A DNA stretch of 64,000 nucleotides. Origin: Anaeramoeba ignava BMAN. Lineage: Eukaryota; Protista; Anaeramoebae. The translations under genes were made by a program, and so were the position numbers. The stretch spans positions 285,659 through 349,658 of the forward strand of contig JAPDFW010000083.1 of the NCBI GenBank assembly GCA_028826165.1, written 5' to 3'. Below, piece after piece: positions 48,383-64,000 of the stretch (its first letter is position 1; each line of letters begins with the position of its first letter). Under the pieces are notes generated by a model. It was not told the origin of the DNA. It made no database searches and saw only the letters and a list, made by a program, of their open reading frames with translations.

Positions 48383-50218
48383 TTATCCTTTAATAACTGC
48401 AATTGGTCTAAGTTTCACACATTTCTTTGAAATATTTGCTTCATGACAAGTTTCAACAACTTGATCAACATCTTTATAAGATTCTGGTGCTTCTTCCATA
48501 ACTAATTTTGGAGAAGCAATTCGAATTGAAATATTTTGTTTAGAAAGTCGATCCAAAACTTCTTGAAATCCTAATTTTTTTCTTGAACTATTTCTACTTT
48601 GTGCTCTTCCTGCTCCATGACAATTTTGAACTAGAATTGGTGTTAAATTTTCACTTAAAACAATATAATTGTGATTATCTTCAACTGTGAAATTGTAAAC
48701 ATAATCAATCCCAATTTCTTCATATTCATCCACTTTTATTTCTTTGAAAATACTGTTTTTTTTCAATTTGATTAATTTTTTTGAATATGGAATTTTTTGG
48801 GAATTTGATTCAAAAATTTTATCTTTAATTTTTAATTTGAATGAGGTATTTTTTCTTCGTGTGATTTTGGGTAGAGATCCCAATCTTAAACAAGCAATCA
48901 GAATTGAGGAAATGAATTTTGAGTTTTTGTGTGTGATTTTTGCATAATTTTTATTTGCTTTATAAGTGCCAATTGTATCAATTACTCCCGAAATAAAATG
49001 AGCACAAGATTTTGAGTTTGAAGTGCATAAAATTTGATCAAGATTTTGATACAATTCAAAGAGCTTTTGGGATTTTTGTTTTGATGTTTTCGATTTTGGG
49101 AAAATTTGGGAAAAAATCACTTTGATTTGGTTGATGATAGATTTTTTGCTTTTTGGGTGTTTTCCTTTATTTTTGAAAAGAATATTTAAGGAAGGATTAT
49201 TTTGAATGAAGTTTGGGAAAAAAGCTCCTAGAAGATAGAAAAGAGGAGGGAAATCAAAGGGGGATTTTTTAAAGAAAGAAGGAATTTTTGAAACGGCAAA
49301 AATTTTTTTGGAACTTTTCAAAATTTTTTGGATTTGGGAAAATTTTGGATGAAAAGAAGAATTAGGGGATAAAGAATTAAGGGAGAAAAAATGGTGATCA
49401 GGAGTGGATTTGATGAAATCCGAGGTTTTGTTCTGAAGGAAAAACTTGATAAGGGGAGCTTTTCTAACGAAAAGATTTGAAATTGGTTTCCATTCAAAAT
49501 CAAGAGAAATGGGGTTTAAAGAGGGAACAAAAAAAACAAGACCGCGATGAGAAAGACGGAAGATTTGGGAGATTTTAAGGATGCCGAGATGGGTAAGAAT
49601 AGGGGTATTAGAATGGAAGCAAGTTGAGCCGAAAGTCTTTGTTCATTCCGTCATCTGTTCCCATAAGGAGATAACTCGATGTGCCCATTGTACCTCCTAC
49701 AAGGACAGGTTGACCTGTGAGTTGGTAGTCTATGGGGATGAGGGGATGATGCGGACCAAAAGCTCTTGTGGAGCCTTTGCGATGGACAAGGCAGTTATAT
49801 ATTTTTCCATCGACAAAATGTTTTTCAAATTTTGCAATGTTATGAGAAACGTCATAAATCAAGTTCATATCAAGATCTTCAGGGGAAGCATTGAATATTT
49901 TGGAGAAGCATCTGCGCGTGAGGAACGTGATTATCTGTCTGTTGACCCAAGCGTAGTTTGCAGCTGCGGCCATTGCTTGGAGATAATTTTGGCCTTCTTT
50001 CGACGAGATTCGCGCACATGCTAATTGGCGATCGTTAACGTGTATATTGTCTCTCGCCATTGCTTTTTCCATCTCCACTAATGCGTCTGTTGCTACTTGA
50101 TGTCCTAGTCCGCGACTTCCTGTGTGGATCATCACTGCTACTTGTCCTTCTCGATCCAGTCCCATTTTCTTGGCTGCGAATTTGTCGTATATTTTATCAA
50201 CTACTTGGATTTCTGCAT

Positions 50219-50249
<31 letters not shown>

Positions 50250-52663
50250 TGGTAATCCCCGTTTTTTTGCTCTTTGACTTACTTTTTCTGGTGAAGCGTT
50301 GAGCATTCTTCCAAATTCTTCGCAGTGTTCCTTATTTTTTCCGATTTTTAATTTAAATTTAAATTAATATTAAAATTTGAAATTAAAATTTGAAATTGAG
50401 ATTGAAATTAAAATTAAATTTAAAATTGAAATTAAATTTAATATTAAAATTGAAATTAATATTGAAATTGAAATTGAAATTGAAATTAATATTGAAATTG
50501 AAATTGAAATTAATATAAAATTAAAATCAAAATTAAAATTAAAATTAATATTAAAATTGAATTTGAAATTAATATTAAATTTGAAATTGAAATTAAAATT
50601 AAAATTTGAAATTAAAATTAAAATTAAAATTATTGATATTAAAATTGAAATTAAAATTTGAATTGGAATTGATATTGAAATTGAAATTGATTTCTTTTCT
50701 GAAATTGAAATTGATATTGATATTGAAATTGGAATTGATATTGAATTTGATTTCTTTTCTGAAATTGAAATTAAAATTTGAAATTGAAATTGAAATTGAT
50801 ATTGAAATTGGAATTGATATTGAATTGAATTTGATTTCTTTTCTGAAATTAAAATTTGATATTAATATTGAAATCAAAATTGATATTGAATTTGATTTCT
50901 TTTCTGAAATTGAAATTGAAATTGAAATTGAAATTGGAATTGATATTGAATTTGATTTCTTTTCTGAAATTGAAATTGAAATTGAAATTGAAATTGAAAT
51001 CAAAATTAAAATTGAAATTGATTTCTTTTCTGAAATTGAAATTAAAATTGAAATTGATATTGAAATTGAAATTGGAATTGAATTTGTTAGTACTTTATCT
51101 TCAGGCCATGCATATCCTTCTCTAAGACACCAATCAATTCCAATCTCAAGAATTTCATTTAATTTCTTTTCATCTATTGGTATAACTCCTTTTGATCCAA
51201 CTCCAACTGGAATATGATTAAATAAACTTTGTGTTAATTCTTCTTTAACTGGTTCAATATCTTTTTCTGTTAAATTAGTTCTAATTAAACGAACTCCACA
51301 ATTAATATCTAATTTAATCATATTTTAATTTTGATTTTGAAATTTAAAATTAAAATTAAAATTTGAAATTAAAATTTAAAACTAAAATTTGAAATTGAAT
51401 TTGAATTTGATATTAAAATTAAAATTAATATTGAAATTAAAATTAAAATTAAAATTGATATTGGAATTAAAATTGAAATTAAAATTGAAATTGAAATTGA
51501 AATTGAAATTAAAATTGATATTAAAATTAAAATTAATATTAAAATTGATATTGAAATTGAATTTGAAATTAAAATTAAAACTAAAATTGAAATTAAAATT
51601 AAAATTAAAATTAAAATTTAAAATTAAAATTAAAATTAAAATTAAAATTAAAATTAAAATTAAAATTAAAATTAAAATTAAAATTAAAATTAAAATTAAT
51701 ATTAAAATTAATATTAAAATTAATATTAAAATTAAAATTGAAATTAGAATTAAAATTAAAATTGGAATTAAAATTGAAAATGAAATTAAAATTTGAAATT
51801 GAAATTAAAATTAATATTAAAATTAAAATTGAAATTAAAATTAAAATTAATATTAAAATTAATATTAAAATTAAAATTGAAATTAAAATTAAAATTGAAA
51901 TTAAAAATTAAAATTAAAAATTAATATTAAAATTGATATTGAAATTGAAATTAAAATTAAAATTAAAATTGAAATTAATATTGAAATTAAAATTAATATT
52001 AAAATTAAAATTAAAATTAAAATTAAAATTGAAATTAAAATTGAAATTAAAATTGAAATTAAAATTGAAATTAAAATTAAAATTAAAATTGAATATTAAA
52101 ATTGAAATTAAAATTAAAATTGAAATTAAAATTGAAATTGAAATTAAAATTAAAATTGAAATTAAAATTAAAATTAAAATTAAAAATTGAAATTAAAATT
52201 GAAATTAAAATTAAAATTAAAATTAAAATTAAAATTGAAATTGAAATTAAAATTAAAATTAAAATTAAAATTAAAATTAAAATTAAAATGAAGAAAAAAT
52301 ACCGAAACCAACACCACCAGGAGAAACAACAGCATCAGGATTATCTATATCAAAAGCAGCGACGTTACCAATAGCGAAACCATAACCGCTATGAACATCA
52401 GGTAAACCAATAGAAGATTTAATAATTCCAGGAAGTGTTGCCACATTTGCAATCTGTTGCACAGCTGGGAGAAATCCTCCATATCCATCGCTTGTTGTAG
52501 AACGCTTAAGCTCATCAAATACAAGCTTTTCTAATTCGCTGTTTACATAGAAAACTCCTGATACTCGCATTCCGTTAACAAATCCTTTTTCTATCTCAAA
52601 ACTTGTTGAATCAATTCTTTTTATTTTTTTTCTTAATTCTTCATATTTTTGCTTTTTTTCCAT
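48383..52663 (-). CDS. RTCB: RNA-splicing ligase RtcB, 3 exons, containing an intein
   Basis: Exons 52663-52303, 51308-51094 and 50330-48383. Motifs [70 protein letters not shown] and EEAPESYKD. With one extra A removed at about 49639: 840-aa precursor, 507 aa after intein excision. Confidence 0.97.
48623..49621 (-). mobile_element. Intein (333 aa) with degenerate LAGLIDADG homing endonuclease in RtcB
   Basis: In-frame 999-nt insert between FGST and CHGAGR. Block [11 protein letters not shown]; block B STPDHHF (TxxH); block C-like FYLLGAFF; block E-like [11 protein letters not shown]; block H-like ILIACLRLG; block [14 protein letters not shown]; block G ILVQN followed by Cys+1. Confidence 0.95.
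50345..52290. repeat. Hexamer-repeat-filled RtcB introns (50331-51093 and 51309-52302)
   Basis: (AAATTG/AAATTA)n tracts bounded by GT-AG on the minus strand, interrupted by exon 2. Confidence 0.9.
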
Positions 52664-52859
52664 TTTTATTTTTATTTTATTTTTATTTTGATTTTGATTT
52701 AATTTAAATTTGATTTAATTTTAATTTGGAAATTGAAATGTTTAGAAAAAAATGATAATTTTATTTTTTAAAATTTTTTTTTTCCTTTTGTTTTTAAAAA
52801 GAAAAATTTCAAAAAAAAAAAAAAGAAATCAAACAAAAAAACAATCCTTCTTTTCCAAT

Positions 52860-53845
52860 AATTTAAATTTGATTTTGAAATTGAAATTTGAATTTGATTT
52901 TGAATTTGAATTTGAAATTGATTTTAAATTTGATTTTTAATTTGAAATTGAATTTGAAATTGAAATTGAAATTGAAATTTGAATTTGAATTTAAAATTGA
53001 ATTTGAATTTCAAATTGAAATTGATTTCTTTTCTGAATTTGAATTTGAAATTGAAATTGATTTTGATTTTGAATTTGAATTTGATTTTGAATTTGAATTT
53101 GAATTTGAAATTGATTTTGATTTTGAATTTGAAATTGAAATTGAATTTGAAATTGAAATTGAATTTGAAATTGAATTTGGATTTGAATTTGAATTTGAAT
53201 TTGAATTTAAAATTGAAATTGAATTTGGATTTTGATTTTGAATTTAATTTTAAATTTGAATTTGATTTCTTTTCTGAATTTAAATTTGAATTTGATTTTG
53301 AAATTGAATTTGGATTTGGATTTGATTTTGAATTTGAATTTGATTTTGAAATTGAAATTGAAATTGAATTTGAATTTGAAATTGAAATTGATTTTGAAAT
53401 TGATTTTGAAATTGATTTCTTTTCTGAATTTAAATTTAAATTGATTTCTTTTCTGAATTTGAATTTGAATTTGATTTTGAATTTGGATTTGATTTCTTTT
53501 CTGATTTTGAATTTAAATTTGAAATTGATTTTAATTTGAATTTGAATTTGAATTTGATTTTGAATTTAATTTTGAATTTGAATTTGAAATTGATTTTGAA
53601 TTTAATTTTGAAATTGAATTTAAATTTGAAATTGATTTCTTTTCTGAATTTAAATTTAAATTGATTTCTTTTCTGAATTTGAATTTGAAATTGAAATTTG
53701 AATTTGAATTTAAGTTTTGAATTTGAATTTGAATTTGAATTTGAATTTGAATTTGAATTTGATTTTGAAATTGATTTTAATTTCTTTTCTGAATTTGAAT
53801 TTGATTTTGAATTTGATTTTGAATTTAAATTTGAATTTAAGTTTC
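52860..53845. repeat. Intergenic hexamer tract (TTTGAA/ATTGAA)n with recurring GATTTCTTTTCTGAA
   Basis: Direct inspection. Confidence 0.85.
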
Positions 53846-53959
53846 TTTTCTCTAAATAAGTTTCTTTGCTGTAAATAAATTTCTTTGCTGTAAATAAATT
53901 TAAATTATAGAAAAAAAAGAAAAAAAGAAAAAAAAAAAAAGAAAAAGAAAAAAAGAAAA

Positions 53960-54538
53960 TCAAAGAATAAAGCATTTAAAGGATTTCTTTTTAACATTTC
54001 CGAATCTATTAGAATTTTGAGAAGGATTTTCACCTTTAAAATTACGAATTTCTCTAATCAAAGAAAAAAAAGCTTCTTCAACATTAATACGATTTTTAGC
54101 AGAAGTTTCAAGAAAAGGACAACCGAATATCTTTGCGAGATCAGTACCTTCCTCAACGGAAACATCACGTTCATTGACAAGATCAGACTTATTTGCAATA
54201 ATAACCATTGGATAACTTGGTACTTCTTTTGTTTTTAAAATATAATCCCTATACTTTGAAACCTCATCGAAGGACTCCCGCGCATTCACCGCATATACAA
54301 TCATAAACCCATCACCACTCCGCAGATACGTATCCCGCATCAGTGAGTATTCTTCTTGTCCTGCTGTGTCTATAATCTCCATTCGGCAGATTTTGTTATC
54401 GATTTCGACTTGTTTTTGATACATGTCCTCAATCGTAGGTTCATATTCTTCTATGAATTGTGCATGGATTAATTGTACTGTTAATGCTGATTTCCCTACT
54501 CCTCCTCCCCCTACTACTACAACTTTGTAACTCGCCAT
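53960..54538 (-). CDS. Ras-family small GTPase
   Basis: GGGGVGKS, YEPTIED, DTAGQEEY, NKSD and ETSAK motifs; C-terminal KKKSFKCFIL CaaX; intronless. Confidence 0.97.
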   Translation of the reverse strand: MASYKVVVVGGGGVGKSALTVQLIHAQFIEEYEPTIEDMYQKQVEIDNKICRMEIIDTAGQEEYSLMRDTYLRSGDGFMIVYAVNARESFDEVSKYRDYILKTKEVPSYPMVIIANKSDLVNERDVSVEEGTDLAKIFGCPFLETSAKNRINVEEAFFSLIREIRNFKGENPSQNSNRFGNVKKKSFKCFIL

Positions 54539-54624
54539 TTTTTTCCGTTTATTTTGTTTTTATTTTTTGGATTGTTGAAAAAAATTTAAAAGAAAAAATT
54601 TAAAAGAAAAAAATGAAATTTAAA

Positions 54625-56075
54625 AAAATAATCAAAAATAATTCCAAAATAATCAATAAATAATTTAATTCAATAATAATTTAATTCAATAATAATTTAA
54701 TTCCAAAAATAATTTAATTCCAAAATAATCCAAAATAATTTAATTCCAAAATAATTTAATTCCAAAAATAATCCAAAAATAATTCCAAAATAATCAAAAA
54801 TAATTCCAAAATAATCAATAAATAATCAAAAATAATTTAATTCCAAAATAATTTAATTCCAAAAATAATCAAAAATAATTTAATTCCAAAATAATCAATA
54901 ATAATTTAATTCCAAAATAATCAATAATAATTTAATTCTAAAATAATCAATCAAAAATAATCCAAAAATAATCAATAAATAATTTAATTCCAAAATAATC
55001 AAAAATAATTTAATTCCAAAATAATCAATAAATAATTTAATTCCAAAATAATTTAATTCCAAAATAATCAAAAAATAATTTAATTCCAAAATAATCTAAT
55101 TCCAAAATAATTCAAAAATAATCTAATTCCAAAATAATCTAAAATAATCTAAAAAAATAATTCCAAAAATAATCTAAAATAATTCCAAAAATAATCCAAA
55201 AATAATCAATAATAATCAAAAAATAATTTAATTCCAAAATAATTCTAAAATAATCAAAAAATAATTTAATTCCAAAATAATTTAATTCCAAAATAATCCA
55301 AAAATAATCAATAAATAATTTAATTCCAATAATAATTTAATTCCAAAAATAATCCAAAATAATTTAATTCCAAAATAATCAATAAATAATTTAATTTCAA
55401 AAATAATTTAATTCCAAAAATAATCAATAATAATAATTTAATTCTAAAATAATTTAATTCTAAAATAATCAAAAAATAATTTAATTCCAAAATAATTCCA
55501 AAATAAAATAATCCAAAAATAATTTAATTCCAAAATAATCAATAATAATAATTTAATTCCAAAATAATCAAAAAATAATTTAATTCCAAAATAAAATAAT
55601 CCAAAAATAATTTAATTCAAAAATAAAATAATTCCAAAATAATTCCAAAATAATCTAAAATAATCAAAAATAATTTAATTCCAAAATAATTTAATTCCAA
55701 AAATAATTTAATTCCAAAATAATCAATAATAATTTAATTCCAAAAATAATTTAATTCCAAAATAATTCCAAAATAATCTAAAATAATCAATAATAATTTA
55801 ATTCTAAAATAATTCAAAAATAATTCAAAAATAATCTAAAATAATCAATAAATAATTTAATTCCAATAATAATTTAATTCCAAAAATAATCCAAAAATAA
55901 TTTAATTCAAAAATAATCTAAAATAATCAAAAATAATTTAATTCAAAAATAATTCAATTCCAAAAATAATCCAAAATAATTTAATTCCAAAAATAATTTA
56001 ATTCCAAAATAATCAAAAAATAATCAAAAATAATTCAAAAAATAATCTAAAAAATAATTTAAAATAATTTAAAAA
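54625..56075. repeat. ~1.4 kb intergenic satellite (AAAATAATTTAATTCC / AAAATAATC)n
   Basis: Direct inspection; lies between the BEACH stop and the Ras start. Confidence 0.9.
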
Positions 56076-56128
56076 AATAAATTGTAATTTAATAAAAATT
56101 TTATTTATTGTAATTTAAAAAAAATATT

Positions 56129-64000
<7,872 letters not shown>

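Noticed and set aside
48623-49621. RtcB insert as a spliceosomal or group I intron
   Set aside because: No GT-AG ends, fully open in frame, and carries intein blocks A, B, F and G with Cys1 and Asn/Cys+1.
53960-54538. Ras effector-loop variant YEPTIED as a novel feature
   Set aside because: A conservative D-to-E change; G12, Q61 and all G-boxes are normal.

Overview
Very AT-rich, intron-containing eukaryotic (protist) DNA. The Asn/Gln hexamer tracts, expanded BTB/RCC1/TLDc families and an intein suggest an Anaeramoeba-like anaerobic amoeba, but this is inference. About 20 genes can be read once GT-AG introns and probable 1-nt consensus indels are allowed: alpha-actinin, a bZIP-like factor, an FG-GAP/FnIII surface protein, RCC1-BTB-CaaX, beta-amylase, an array of ubiquitin-like genes lacking diGly with an HNH-like ORF inside it, an ARM protein, an amino-acid permease, syntaxin, an atypical E2F, a CH protein, a membrane protein with polyproline and tandem WH2 motifs, BTB-TLDc, an AzgA-type permease, Kish, BAG6, RtcB, Ras and a BEACH protein. 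The standout is a 333-aa intein with a degenerate LAGLIDADG domain, inserted in the RNA ligase RtcB one residue before the catalytic His (FGST|C...VQN|CHGAGR). Next are the predicted four-TM + coiled-coil + (GGPPPP)9 + 5xWH2 actin-nucleator-like protein and the diGly-less UBL array with its HNH-like gene. Many introns are filled with private AT-rich satellites. Most long +/- ORFs made of IL/DF/KI/NL repeats are artefacts of these repeats.
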